A DNA stretch of 64,000 nt. Origin: Dehalococcoidia bacterium (GTDB lineage: Bacteria > Chloroflexota > Dehalococcoidia > Lucifugimonadales > SAR202-VII-2). Location: the NCBI GenBank assembly GCA_965263165.1, contig OZ253584.1:1209736-1273735 (forward strand), in the 5' to 3' direction. This document shows, piece by piece, positions 1 to 9,417 of the stretch. Within the stretch, counting starts at the first letter, position 1. The number at the start of each line of letters is the position of its first letter. The notes under the pieces were generated by a model, which did not search any database, had not been told where the DNA came from, and saw nothing but the letters and a program-made list of their open reading frames with translations. The position numbers and the translations under genes were made by a program.

Positions 1-564
1 GTCGTCGGTCTCGGGAGCCTCATTAAAACATTCCCAGACATTCAGGCGTTTTATGGAAACCAAGCGATCCAACTTCGGACGGTCACTGACGGACAACCCA
101 AAGCTCGGTTGAAGGCAGTTGACTATCCGATCCATTACCGCCCAAGACTCACGGATGGGATACAGGAATTCAAAATAATGCCGGTCACATCTTTCATGGG
201 CTAACCTGCTGAAATAGTCTTCTCCTGGGTAGCCACCGGAGCCGGGGGCGGTGAAGGAGTTGAGCACTCGGTATTGCCAAGATCCGGAGCATGGAACTAT
301 CACCACTGTTTCGATTTCGACGCCTTCCTCGATTGTGGAATTTATGCAGTCGCCGTCTTGGATTTCAGTGGTTTCTATTTCGGCGCTGATTGGCGTAAGC
401 GTTGGGCTTGGCGCGGGAGTCCCGGAGGCGACCTGCGTCTGCATTCGTTCGGTCGCGTTCATTTCCCGAACACGCTGCGCATCCGATTCACAGGCGGCAA
501 GGGTGAAGATCTGCATGAGAACCAACGCGGCCGCCAGCAGCGGCCAACTGTTCAACGGGCTCAC
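1..564 (-). CDS. putative Cys-rich secreted lipoprotein (septum-formation-domain-like); 3' end runs off the window
   Basis: Absent from the ORF track because there is no stop inside the window. My own minus-strand translation from GTG 564 (GGAGG 6 nt upstream) gives 188 stop-free codons. It reads VSPLNSWPLLAAALVLMQIFTLAAC..., a signal peptide plus LAAC lipobox, followed by a GDC...VPC...YPG...C pattern. The region looks AT-richer than the rest of the window. Confidence 0.45.
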   Translation of the reverse strand, partial: MSPLNSWPLLAAALVLMQIFTLAACESDAQRVREMNATERMQTQVASGTPAPSPTLTPISAEIETTEIQDGDCINSTIEEGVEIETVVIVPCSGSWQYRVLNSFTAPGSGGYPGEDYFSRLAHERCDRHYFEFLYPIRESWAVMDRIVNCLQPSFGLSVSDRPKLDRLVSIKRLNVWECFNEAPETDD

Positions 565-613
565 AACCGGCCTCCGTTGGCAGTGCTCATCGTTCGGCCC
601 TCCGTAGGTCCCG

Positions 614-1864
614 CTACTGAGAGGCGTCCAGCTTCAACAACGCCCGCCCCAGCACGCGGGCGCCCGTTGCCACGTCGGCGAAGTCCGTCCACTCGTCGGG
701 GGTATGGCTCAGGCCGTCCTTGGATGGGACGAAGACCATGCCGACCGGCGCTATCATGGCCATCCAGCTTGCGTCGTGCATGGCTCGGCTGGGCAGCGAC
801 ATCTCCGGGACACCCAACTCCTCGGCGGCCTCCCGGAGCAGCGCTTGCGTGGGGGCCGGGACCGTGACCGGAAGCTCGTCGACCAGCCACTGCGCGTCGA
901 TATGGATGCCTCTGTCCCCGGCAATGGCCTCGCAGGCGGCGGCGAGCAGGTCTTTGACCCGCTCCTTCTCCTCCTGCCGGATGCTGCGAACCTCAAGTTG
1001 GAGGTCCACCCTGCCGGGGATAATATTGACCATGCCGGGCGTGATCTGGGCCGCGCCAATGGTGGCCACGGCGTCGCGAAGCGAAGGGTCCTTGGCGGCG
1101 CGCTCCAGGGCGAGAATGACCTCGGCGGCGGCGCAGAGAGCGTCCTTGCGCTCGTCCATGAGCGTTGCGCCGGCATGGTCGGCGCGGCCCGCGACGGTGA
1201 TTGCGCCACGCGCGGGACCGGCAATGTGGGTGACGATGCCTACGGGCCGCCCCGCCCGCTCCAGCGCCAGCCCCTGCTCGATGTGCAACTCCAGGTAGCC
1301 GTGAACGTCGTCGGGGCTGCGAACGACGTCCGCAAGGCGGGTGTGGTCGCCGCCCAGGTAGTCGATGGCCTCGGCGAGGGTGCGGCCCTGCGGGTCGCGG
1401 GCCGTGTGGAGCTTCGAGAGGTCGAGATGGCCGCTAATGGCCCGGCTGCCCACGGGCGTCATGCCGGGGACCGACGGCTCTTCGCAATTGAAGTTGACCA
1501 CTTCCAGCGGGTGTTCGGTGACGACGCCCGTCTCGGCCAGGGCGCGGGCCACTTCCACCGCCGCCACGACGCCGGCGATGCCGTCGAAGCGGCCTCCGGC
1601 CTGGACGGTGTCTGTGTGGGAGCCGATGGCCACCACCGGGCCGCCGGCGCGCCCATTGCGGCGACCGATGGTGTTGCCAGCGTCGTCGATGCTCACGTCG
1701 AGTCCGGCCTCCCGCATCCATCCGGCCACGACATCCCGAGCCTCGCGGTCGAGGGCGCTGAAGGCCAAGCGGGTGTAGGGGCGATCCGGCTCGGTGAGGC
1801 GGGCCAACTCCATCAGGTCCCGCTCGATACGCCCAGCATTGATGGGCAGGTCCGGCAGGGTCAT
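614..1864 (-). CDS. M20-family Zn amidohydrolase (allantoate amidohydrolase / N-carbamoyl-L-amino-acid hydrolase type)
   Basis: ORF 614..1939. Contains GSHTDTVQAGGRFDG and the overall M20 layout. Start moved to ATG 1864 (GGAG upstream), giving about 416 aa, typical for the family. Confidence 0.85.
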   Translation of the reverse strand: MTLPDLPINAGRIERDLMELARLTEPDRPYTRLAFSALDREARDVVAGWMREAGLDVSIDDAGNTIGRRNGRAGGPVVAIGSHTDTVQAGGRFDGIAGVVAAVEVARALAETGVVTEHPLEVVNFNCEEPSVPGMTPVGSRAISGHLDLSKLHTARDPQGRTLAEAIDYLGGDHTRLADVVRSPDDVHGYLELHIEQGLALERAGRPVGIVTHIAGPARGAITVAGRADHAGATLMDERKDALCAAAEVILALERAAKDPSLRDAVATIGAAQITPGMVNIIPGRVDLQLEVRSIRQEEKERVKDLLAAACEAIAGDRGIHIDAQWLVDELPVTVPAPTQALLREAAEELGVPEMSLPSRAMHDASWMAMIAPVGMVFVPSKDGLSHTPDEWTDFADVATGARVLGRALLKLDASQ

Positions 1865-1944
1865 GCCGCGCTCCGGTCGGGCAAGAGAGTGAGGCTCCCA
1901 GGGTTGGGCAATGGTAAGGGGGCTGTTGTGGGGAGTCAACGAAG

Positions 1945-2367
1945 ATGGCCGCGGCTGACTGGAAGCCTCTGCTATACTGTCCGAACGCTCAGGAGGAACA
2001 GGGTCAGGACGATGGCCAAGGTATGAGGCAATCGAATTGGGAAGCGGCGCGGACGATGCAGGAGGTCACTGGCCGCCTGGTTGAGCAGGCGGAGGCGAGG
2101 GTGAGGCAGGCGGCCCGCGTCGTGGAGTCCCTGGCGATGTTCTCGGCGGCGGACGCCGGAGCAGCCGAGGGGGAGGTGAGGGCTCGGCTGGATGCGGCGT
2201 TTGCCGAGGCTGGAGAGGCCATGGTCCGCTGGGTGGACAAGGCCATCGAGGACCGCGTCAACGATCAAGAGGACTGGGACAGTTCCACAAATATTCATCT
2301 ACTGAACCGGATTCGCCAGGACGCAGAGGCTCTGGCCCGGGGCGGCGCCCCAAGCACACCCTCGTAG
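1945..2367 (+). CDS. hypothetical protein (Ala/Glu-rich, probably helical)
   Basis: 140-aa ORF in an otherwise empty gap, with GGGGAG upstream of the ATG. No family recognised. An alternative in-frame ATG lies at 2023. Confidence 0.4.
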   Translation: MAAADWKPLLYCPNAQEEQGQDDGQGMRQSNWEAARTMQEVTGRLVEQAEARVRQAARVVESLAMFSAADAGAAEGEVRARLDAAFAEAGEAMVRWVDKAIEDRVNDQEDWDSSTNIHLLNRIRQDAEALARGGAPSTPS

Positions 2368-2416
2368 AGGCGGTCCCCCAGCCTGCCGCCCGCTTCCCGT
2401 CACTACCAGAGGCCCC

Positions 2417-3352
2417 ATGTCCAGTCAGAACGGTCTACAACCAACATCACCGGTGGATGTCGTCAGCTTTGGCATGCTGACGCCGTATTACAACCTCGTT
2501 GTGGACGCCCCGCCGGTGCATAACACTGCCCATCCCATCGCGGAACTCAGCGAATGCATCGGCGACGATGCCTCGATCGTGGCCCTGCACCTCAAGAAGT
2601 GGGGCATCGCCAGCGGCATCATTGGGACCGCCCTTGGCGACGACGAAGCGGGGCGGCGGACGGCGGAACGTCTGGAGGACCTGGGCATCGCCGGCGAGGT
2701 GCGGCTGTCGAAGGAGATTCAGACCAACTTCGAGGTGTGCGTCTGCGACCCGACGGGCGGGCGCACCTACTGGTGGCAGCGGGACCAGGCGGTGTTGGAG
2801 ACCCTGGCGACAGCCAGCCTTGCGTTGCTGGAGGGGGCTCGATTTCTCTACGTCGATTGGTACGACGGCGATCACATTCTGCGTCCGATGAAGGCAGCCA
2901 AGGCCCAGGGATCGGCGGTCTATCTGAACCTGGAGCACAAGCACGACGACCCTGATCTGCTGGCCCGCCTTGCTCCCTACGTCACCCTTTGCCAGGTCAC
3001 AACCGACGAGGCCCAGCATGGCGACAATGCCGAGGAGTTGGCAGACCATGTGCTTTCGACGGGGGTTGAAGCGGCCATCATCACGATGGCCTCCAGGGGC
3101 TCGCTCATTGCCAGTGGGAAGGACCGGATACGTTTTCCCGCTATGCCGGTGGAGTTGATCGACGGCTCCGCCGCGGGCGTGACGTACTCTGCCGGGATCA
3201 TCTACGGACGGCTTCAGGGCTGGACGCTGGAGCAGTGCGGACGGTTCGCCACGGCGGCTGCGGCCTTGCAGTGCACCGCCGGAGGCCCGCAGGCGTTCCC
3301 TTTGCCAGAGATCGAACGCTTGGCGGCGCAGGTGGATGTTGTTGTGGAATAG
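2417..3352 (+). CDS. PfkB-family carbohydrate kinase
   Basis: 311 aa. The C-terminal DGSAAGVTYSAG...AAAALQCTAGG resembles the PfkB/ribokinase nucleotide-binding signature. Confidence 0.8.
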   Translation: MSSQNGLQPTSPVDVVSFGMLTPYYNLVVDAPPVHNTAHPIAELSECIGDDASIVALHLKKWGIASGIIGTALGDDEAGRRTAERLEDLGIAGEVRLSKEIQTNFEVCVCDPTGGRTYWWQRDQAVLETLATASLALLEGARFLYVDWYDGDHILRPMKAAKAQGSAVYLNLEHKHDDPDLLARLAPYVTLCQVTTDEAQHGDNAEELADHVLSTGVEAAIITMASRGSLIASGKDRIRFPAMPVELIDGSAAGVTYSAGIIYGRLQGWTLEQCGRFATAAAALQCTAGGPQAFPLPEIERLAAQVDVVVE

Positions 3353-3494
3353 GCAGTCGCGGCAGAGGTTCCCTTGGCTTCCGCATTATGGCCGTCGGGA
3401 GACCGTGCAAGAACGGGAACGGCGAAAACCCTTACCAGGTTAAGGGTTTCTACGGCAATGCTGCGGACTACCTCGCGGCTCGCCGCTTTGGGGT

Positions 3495-3713
3495 GTGATA
3501 ATGGAGCCAGCGAACGACTGTCCAAAACATGGCGCACTCTGCCAGTGTCCGCTGTGCATGGAGACAGATAAACAGGAGGCCCGCGCTGGTAAGCCGCGGT
3601 GTCCCTACTGCCGCCTAGAGGTAGAAGGCGACCCGCTCTACGCAGCCAAGCTCAAGCGGGACCGCGCTAGGGCTCGAGGCAGGGAGGGAACCCATACCCT
3701 TGCGAGTACTTGA
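3495..3713 (+). CDS. small Cys-rich protein (putative zinc ribbon)
   Basis: 72-aa ORF (GTG 3495 or ATG 3501) with CPKHGALCQCPLC ... CPYC. Its 3' end overlaps the start region of the next gene. No homolog recognised. Confidence 0.35.
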   Translation: MIMEPANDCPKHGALCQCPLCMETDKQEARAGKPRCPYCRLEVEGDPLYAAKLKRDRARARGREGTHTLAST

Positions 3714-3729
3714 AGAACACGGAGGCGGA

Positions 3730-4413
3730 ATGGAGCAAGACCCGCTGGAGCACTATCGCCGCTACGGCCGCCGATATGCGCAGGTGGCCCACGATTTCCT
3801 GGAAACCGGTTATCGAGACCCGTCGCCCCCGCAGCTCACCGGCGATGATGTTCTGTTGGAGCGGCTACAGTCGCTGGCGCCCGGCCGCAAGGGGCTGGAC
3901 GCGGGATGCGGGGCGGGGGCTCGGGATGTCTACATTTTGTGGAGCCGCGGCTATGACGTTCGGGGCGTAGACGCTCTGCAGGAGAACCTGGACGTGGCGG
4001 TGGAGCTGCACCCAGAGATTGCCGACCGGTTGCAGGTGGCGGACCTTTCCCAGCCGTTGGGCTTTCCCGACGCCTCCTTCGACTTCGTTACCTGCAACGC
4101 CGTGATCCAACACATCCCACCGGAGATCGTTGAGGGCGTCACGCTGCGGGAGTTGGTTCGCGTGCTGCGTCCCGGGGGCGTGCTCCAACTGGCGTTCAAG
4201 ATCGGCAGCGGCGTCGGCAGCGTGCTGGACCCGGACTACGACGTTCAGCGCAGCTTCCAACTCTATAACGAATACGACGTGCTGGCGGTTGTGGAACGGT
4301 ACGGCTGCCGTTTGATTCCGCCTGACGACGGAGACGGTCTGGGCGGCCTCATGTACTTCACCGATTACAAGCCGATGCGCTACTGCGTGTTTCACGCCGC
4401 AAGGGAGCAATGA
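3730..4413 (+). CDS. class I SAM-dependent methyltransferase
   Basis: Motif I GLDAGCGAGARD, plus VTCNAVIQHIPPE and LRPGGVLQLAF. ATG 3730 with GGAGG upstream is preferred over the TTG at 3700 used in the track. Confidence 0.8.
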   Translation: MEQDPLEHYRRYGRRYAQVAHDFLETGYRDPSPPQLTGDDVLLERLQSLAPGRKGLDAGCGAGARDVYILWSRGYDVRGVDALQENLDVAVELHPEIADRLQVADLSQPLGFPDASFDFVTCNAVIQHIPPEIVEGVTLRELVRVLRPGGVLQLAFKIGSGVGSVLDPDYDVQRSFQLYNEYDVLAVVERYGCRLIPPDDGDGLGGLMYFTDYKPMRYCVFHAAREQ

Positions 4414-4570
4414 AGGGGCGATGAACGGCTGGCGCGGCAACCGCCATCGGTTGCGGGGCGGGCGGGGGATGATAGAATCGCAGGGCGGTTGCCGTTGCGG
4501 CCCCGGCCAGGCGTTGGCGGGCATGGCCGCACGTTCGCCACCGCCAGATTGGACCGCCAAGGAGCTACCC

Positions 4571-5617
4571 ATGGAGTACCGACCCCTAGGCGCCACGGGA
4601 ATGATGGTGTCGGAGATAGGCTTCGGCACAGGCGACAATGCCGGCCTCATCGTCAGAGGCTCGCCTGAGGATCAACTCGCTTCGGTGGTAAGGGCGCTGG
4701 AATTGGGGGTGAACTACTTCGACACCTCGCCGGACTACGGGAAGGGCGTGGCGGAAACCAACCTGGGCGCAATCTTCCGTCAGCTCGGAGTCCGCCCGTT
4801 CATTACCACCAAGGTCGAGATCATGCCTGAGGACTTGGACGATATCGCCGGGGCGGTCGTCCGGTGCGTGGAGGGCAGCTTGAGGCGGCTCCAGATGGAC
4901 TGGGTGGACGTCGTGCAGATTCACAACCCGCCTCACCTGGAGCGGCATATCGACGTGCCCGGGTGGATTCATCTTTCCGTTGACGACTACCTGGGGCGCG
5001 GAGGCGCGCTGGAGGGGTTGGAGCGGGTGCGCCGGGAGGGGAAAGTCCGCTACCTGGGCATGGCGTGTGAGCACGCCGACGCCCGCGCGGTGCACAGTCT
5101 GTTGGAGACCGACGAGTTCCAGGTCATCAACATGTGGTACGACTTGCTGAACCCCACGGGGGTCATTTCAAAACCGCCTGGGATGAACGTTCACTATGAC
5201 TACGGGGAGATGATTGAGGATGCCGCCGAACATGGAGCGGGTGTGGCTATCATGCGGCCGCTGGCCGGGGGCACACTCACGGACCATGCGGCCTCCGGCG
5301 GGGCGCGTCACCCATTGGCGGGGGGAGGGCTGTCCAGGCACGCCGATATCTATAGCCAGATGGTGGAGCAGGCCAAGTCGATGCGGTTTCTGTCGCAGGC
5401 GGGCGAGCACAACCTATCGCAGGCGGCGGTGCGGTTCATTCTGGCGAGTGACAGCGTCAGCACGGTGATCGGAGGCTTCTCTGAGATAGCCCACCTAGAG
5501 GAAGCGGCGGGCTGCTCCGGGGCCGGACCGCTATCCGAGGAGAACATGGCCCGCGTAGAGATGGTGTGGCGGTCCAATTTTGGGCGCTGGGACGGGGGCG
5601 CCTGGGACGAGGTCTAG
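4571..5617 (+). CDS. aldo/keto reductase
   Basis: MEYRPLGATGMMVSEIGFGTG...GVNYFDTSPDYGKG is a typical AKR N-terminus. AAGGAG lies 6 nt upstream of ATG 4571. The track ORF 4421.. is an N-terminal over-extension. Confidence 0.9.
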   Translation: MEYRPLGATGMMVSEIGFGTGDNAGLIVRGSPEDQLASVVRALELGVNYFDTSPDYGKGVAETNLGAIFRQLGVRPFITTKVEIMPEDLDDIAGAVVRCVEGSLRRLQMDWVDVVQIHNPPHLERHIDVPGWIHLSVDDYLGRGGALEGLERVRREGKVRYLGMACEHADARAVHSLLETDEFQVINMWYDLLNPTGVISKPPGMNVHYDYGEMIEDAAEHGAGVAIMRPLAGGTLTDHAASGGARHPLAGGGLSRHADIYSQMVEQAKSMRFLSQAGEHNLSQAAVRFILASDSVSTVIGGFSEIAHLEEAAGCSGAGPLSEENMARVEMVWRSNFGRWDGGAWDEV

Positions 5618-5635
5618 CAAAGAGGCTTAGAAACC

Positions 5636-6580
5636 ATGAACCTATTCATCACCGGCGCAGGGCTGATCGGGACCCACGTTGCGGCGGAGATGGTTCGCCG
5701 AGGGCACCGGGTCATGCTGTATGAGGTCGCCCCCAGCGAGGAGTTTGCCCACGCCGTGGCGGGAGACGGCGTTTCGTTGGTCCGGGGCGACATACGGGAC
5801 ATGCCGGCGCTTCTGGACGCCATGCGTTCCCATGAGGCTGAGTTGGTCTTTCACTCTGCCGCACAGATCGGCGCCGTGGCCCAGGACCGCCCCTTCGATG
5901 GTCTCACTATAGCGATAGGCGGCACGATTGCCGTCGCCGAGGCCGCGAGGCTTGGCGGCGTAGGGCGCATCGTCTTCGCCAGCACGACGGGGGTATACGA
6001 CTACAGCCGGAACCCGACCGGCTTCGTCGCCGAGGACTTTCCCATGGGAGCCGACATCTTCTATTCGGCCTCCAAGGTTTCCAACGAGGTGCTCCTCCGC
6101 TCGTATGCCAGGCACTATGGACTGGAATATTGCGCAACGCGATTCGCCCACGTGTACGGGCTGGGGAGGTACGTCGGGGGGTCGAAGGGTGGGGAGGCGG
6201 TGCATGCCGCGGTGGCCGTCGCCCTGGCCGGCGGCGACGTAGCAATTGGCCGGCGGCTCGCCGATTTGCAGGAGTACGTGTACGTCAAGGACGTTGCCCA
6301 AGGCGTATCCAATGCGCTGGAGCGGCCCCTGCAAAGCAACGCCTTCAACATAGGCACTGGAGTCGTGGAAGGGCCGGAGGACTTGGCGGCGGCCCTTGGC
6401 TCCCTGAACCCCGGCGCTCGATTCGTGTTCCAAGCGCCGGGCCCCAACGACCCGCCGCCCGTTCACGAAACGCCCTTCGATCTGAGCAGGTCTCGCCGGG
6501 AGTTGGGGTACGAGCCGCAGTACACACTGACGGACGGCATAGCGGACTTCGCCAGGGAGATTCAACGCGTTGGGGGGTAG
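5636..6580 (+). CDS. NAD-dependent epimerase/dehydratase (extended SDR), copy 1
   Basis: MNLFITGAGLIGTHV Rossmann GxxGxxG motif and YSASK catalytic motif; 314 aa. Confidence 0.85.
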   Translation: MNLFITGAGLIGTHVAAEMVRRGHRVMLYEVAPSEEFAHAVAGDGVSLVRGDIRDMPALLDAMRSHEAELVFHSAAQIGAVAQDRPFDGLTIAIGGTIAVAEAARLGGVGRIVFASTTGVYDYSRNPTGFVAEDFPMGADIFYSASKVSNEVLLRSYARHYGLEYCATRFAHVYGLGRYVGGSKGGEAVHAAVAVALAGGDVAIGRRLADLQEYVYVKDVAQGVSNALERPLQSNAFNIGTGVVEGPEDLAAALGSLNPGARFVFQAPGPNDPPPVHETPFDLSRSRRELGYEPQYTLTDGIADFAREIQRVGG

Positions 6581-6676
6581 GTGTAACCCCCGTTGGATGC
6601 TCTACAGCGGCCGCTGGCCGGCGGTACGCTCACGGACCACGTTCATAGTGAGGTCTAGCAAAGGGAGTCATAAACC

Positions 6677-7621
6677 ATGAACCTATTCATCACCGGGGCA
6701 GGACTGATTGGGACCTACGTCGCGGCGGAGATGCTCCGCCGGGGGTACCGAGTCATGCTGTATGACGTCGCCCCCAGCGAGGAGTACGCCCAGGCCGTGG
6801 CGGGAGACGGCGTCTCGCAGGTCCGGGGCGACATACGGGACATACCAGGGCTTCTGGACTCCATGCGCGCCCATGAGGCTGACTTGGTCTTCCACTCTGC
6901 CGCTCAGCTCGTCCCCGTGGCCCAGAACCGCCCCTATGACAGCCTCACCATATCCATAGGCGGCACGATTGCCGTCGCCGAGGCCGCGAGGCTTGGCGGC
7001 GTTCGGCGCATCGTCTTCGCCAGCACGGTTGGGGTGTACGACTACAGCCGAAACCCCACCGGCTTCGTCGCCGAGGACTTCCCCATGGGGGCGAACATCT
7101 TCTATTCGGCCTCCAAGATTTCCGACGAAGTGATCCTCCGTTCCTATGCCAAGCACTATGGACTGGAATACTGCGCAACGCGATTCGCCCACGTGTACGG
7201 CCTAGGGAGGTACGCCGGGGGGCCGACGAACGGGCAGGAGGTGCATGCCGCGGTGGCGGGCGCCCTGGCTGGCGGCAACGTGGTCATTGGACAGCGGCTC
7301 GCCGATTGGCAGGAGTACGTGTATGTCAAGGACGTTGCCCAAGGCGTATCCAATGCTCTGGAGCGCCCCCTGCAGAGCAACGCCTTCAACATAGGGACTG
7401 GAGTCGTGGACGGGCCGGAGGACCTGGTGGCGGCCCTCGGCACCCTGAATCCCGGCGCCAGATTCGAGTTCCAGACGCCGGGCCCCAGCGACATGCCGTC
7501 CGTTCACGAAACGCCCTTCGATTTGAGCAGGGCTCGCCGGGAGCTGGGGTACGAGCCGCAGTACACGCTGACGGACGGCATAGCGGACTTCGCCAGGGAG
7601 ATTCAACGCGTCGGGGGGTAG
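6677..7621 (+). CDS. NAD-dependent epimerase/dehydratase (extended SDR), copy 2 (tandem paralog)
   Basis: 314 aa and collinear with copy 1. I counted 46 differences in 314 residues (about 85% identity). Confidence 0.85.
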   Translation: MNLFITGAGLIGTYVAAEMLRRGYRVMLYDVAPSEEYAQAVAGDGVSQVRGDIRDIPGLLDSMRAHEADLVFHSAAQLVPVAQNRPYDSLTISIGGTIAVAEAARLGGVRRIVFASTVGVYDYSRNPTGFVAEDFPMGANIFYSASKISDEVILRSYAKHYGLEYCATRFAHVYGLGRYAGGPTNGQEVHAAVAGALAGGNVVIGQRLADWQEYVYVKDVAQGVSNALERPLQSNAFNIGTGVVDGPEDLVAALGTLNPGARFEFQTPGPSDMPSVHETPFDLSRARRELGYEPQYTLTDGIADFAREIQRVGG

Positions 7622-7641
7622 GCGTAGTTCCTGCGGATGTT

Positions 7642-8040
7642 CTACAGCGGCTGCCGGCCGGCGAATCCTGTGTCGGTGTCGTGCCAGTAGCTGACCGCGG
7701 CTTCGCCGACGACCCAGCAGAGGTACACCTCGCGCCCCTCCCGCCAGCTTGGGAAATCCACGAGGGCATTCTCAACCCCTCGCACGATGATGCCGAGCTC
7801 CGCGACCTCCTGAATCGCCGACCGGATCTGCTGTCCGATCTCATCGGCGTCCTGGCGTTTCTGGCGGATCTGCTCTTGAAGACCGCCGCCGCCGTTGCCG
7901 CCGGACCTGCGCGTAAGCTCCTTCAATTCGTCTTCGATCAGGCGGGCCCGGGCCGCAAGGGGGGCCACCCCGTCGAAGACTTCCTGGAGCCAGGGCCTTA
8001 GCCCATTGGCCTCATCGAGTGTGAAATAACGTCGCTGCAT
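7642..8040 (-). CDS. DUF2203-family protein
   Basis: MQRRYFTLDEANGLRPWLQEVF... matches the DUF2203 N-terminal pattern as I remember it. ATG at 8040; the 167-aa track ORF is over-extended. Confidence 0.65.
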   Translation of the reverse strand: MQRRYFTLDEANGLRPWLQEVFDGVAPLAARARLIEDELKELTRRSGGNGGGGLQEQIRQKRQDADEIGQQIRSAIQEVAELGIIVRGVENALVDFPSWREGREVYLCWVVGEAAVSYWHDTDTGFAGRQPL

Positions 8041-8224
8041 GGTGGGAACCGTCTCTCTGCGGGGTCTCCCTGCCACTATACCCCGGCCCCCGGGCTTTGT
8101 CAGGGGGCCGGGCCGGACAGCTAGGCAGCGGATGTTTGACGGCATGTCGATGGGTGCTTATGCTGCGACGGAGCGGGGCGCCGCCCCCAATGCCAGGTTC
8201 AATCGAAGTCGAGGGAGAACCGCA

Positions 8225-9358
8225 ATGACCGACGGCGCAGGCGATAACAGCAACGGTGTGGGGAAGCTCTACTTGGTCGACTCCTATAAGGAGTTCGTGG
8301 AGGCCGAGGGCATCCCGCTGGTGACGGGGTTCAGCGCCGATTGTCTGACGCTGCCCCTAGAGCCTTGGGAGCGGTTGGGGGGCCTGGGAGCCTACGTGCA
8401 GTTGGACGGCACCGGCGACTACGCCGATTCCTACCTAGTGGAGATACCGGCTGGGGGTCAACTCAAGCCCGAGCAGCATCTGTTCGACGAGGTGCTGTAC
8501 GTGGCGTCGGGGCACGGGGCCACGGCCATCGAGTTGCCGAACGGGAAGCGAGAGACGTTCGAGTGGGGCGTGGGAAGCCTTTTCGCCATTCCGCTCAACG
8601 CTCCGCACCAGCATTTCAACGGGTCCGGATCCGAACCGGCGCGGCTCTACGCCGAGACGAGCCTGCCCATCTACCTGAACCTCACGCACAGCAGGGATTT
8701 CATCTTTGGGTGCTCGCACGTATTCGACGACCGTTACGGAGACGAGAGCTTCTTCAGGGGTGAGGGGAAGTTCCGTTCCATTGTGACGGGGCGGCACCAG
8801 TGGGAGTCGGTGTTCATCCCGAGCCTGGCGTCGCTGGAGCTCCAGGGATGGGCCGAGCGCGGCGCGGGCGGGAAGAGCATCCAGATCATCCTGGCCGAGA
8901 GTACGCTCCACGCGCACGTGTCGGAGTTCCCCCAGGGAACGTACAAGAAGGCGCACCGCAAGCCCAGCGAGGCCGGGGTCAACATCATGTGTGTGACGGG
9001 CGAGGGCTATACGCTGCTCTGGGAGGAGGACGAGAACCCCGTGGATTCCATCCGCGTGGACTGGAAGCCGGGCACCATATTCGCAAATGGGCCCGGGCGC
9101 CATTTCCACCAGCATTTCAACACCGCTTCGTTTCCGGCGAGGTACCTGGCGCTGGGGTTCGGAGGGATGCGCTACCCGGTGACGAAGGGCCGCCGCTGGG
9201 CCTACGACACCGCCGACAAGCCGCTGAACGACGGCGGCAGGCAGATCGAGTACGACGGAGAGGACCCGCGCATCCTCGCCCTGTTCGAGGAAGAGCTGGC
9301 CAAGCGCGGGCTCGAGTCCCGGATGAGTGACTACATTGGCGTAAAGGTGGGGCGTTAG
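8225..9358 (+). CDS. bicupin-family protein (gentisate-dioxygenase-like fold, function unknown), paralog A
   Basis: Two cupin-like modules (FEWGVGSLFAIPLNAPHQHFNGSG; HVSEFPQGTYKKAHR...HFHQHFN). ATG 8225 is preceded by GAGGGAG. Paralog of 25202..26338. Confidence 0.7.
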   Translation: MTDGAGDNSNGVGKLYLVDSYKEFVEAEGIPLVTGFSADCLTLPLEPWERLGGLGAYVQLDGTGDYADSYLVEIPAGGQLKPEQHLFDEVLYVASGHGATAIELPNGKRETFEWGVGSLFAIPLNAPHQHFNGSGSEPARLYAETSLPIYLNLTHSRDFIFGCSHVFDDRYGDESFFRGEGKFRSIVTGRHQWESVFIPSLASLELQGWAERGAGGKSIQIILAESTLHAHVSEFPQGTYKKAHRKPSEAGVNIMCVTGEGYTLLWEEDENPVDSIRVDWKPGTIFANGPGRHFHQHFNTASFPARYLALGFGGMRYPVTKGRRWAYDTADKPLNDGGRQIEYDGEDPRILALFEEELAKRGLESRMSDYIGVKVGR

Positions 9359-9417
9359 AGAGAAGCGCCAAAAGCAGCCGTCGCAGGCCTGCGACGCCTT
9401 GCGAGGTCTTCAGCATG

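Larger units (their letters stand above)
5609..7664 (+). repeat. diverged tandem duplication, period 1041 bp (copy 1 5609-6624, copy 2 6650-7664)
   Basis: GAGGTCTAGCAAAG occurs at 5609 and at 6650. Both epimerase genes and about 40 nt downstream of each (ending ...TCTACAGCGG at 6610 and 7650) are collinear. Confidence 0.85.

Noticed and set aside
704-2026. 440-aa plus-strand ORF (and 720..1298, 754..1224 and others) opposite the M20 hydrolase gene
   Set aside because: It is antisense to a gene with clear family motifs. Its Arg/Gly/Ala/Pro-rich composition is typical of stop-free antisense frames in GC-rich DNA, and no motif was recognised.
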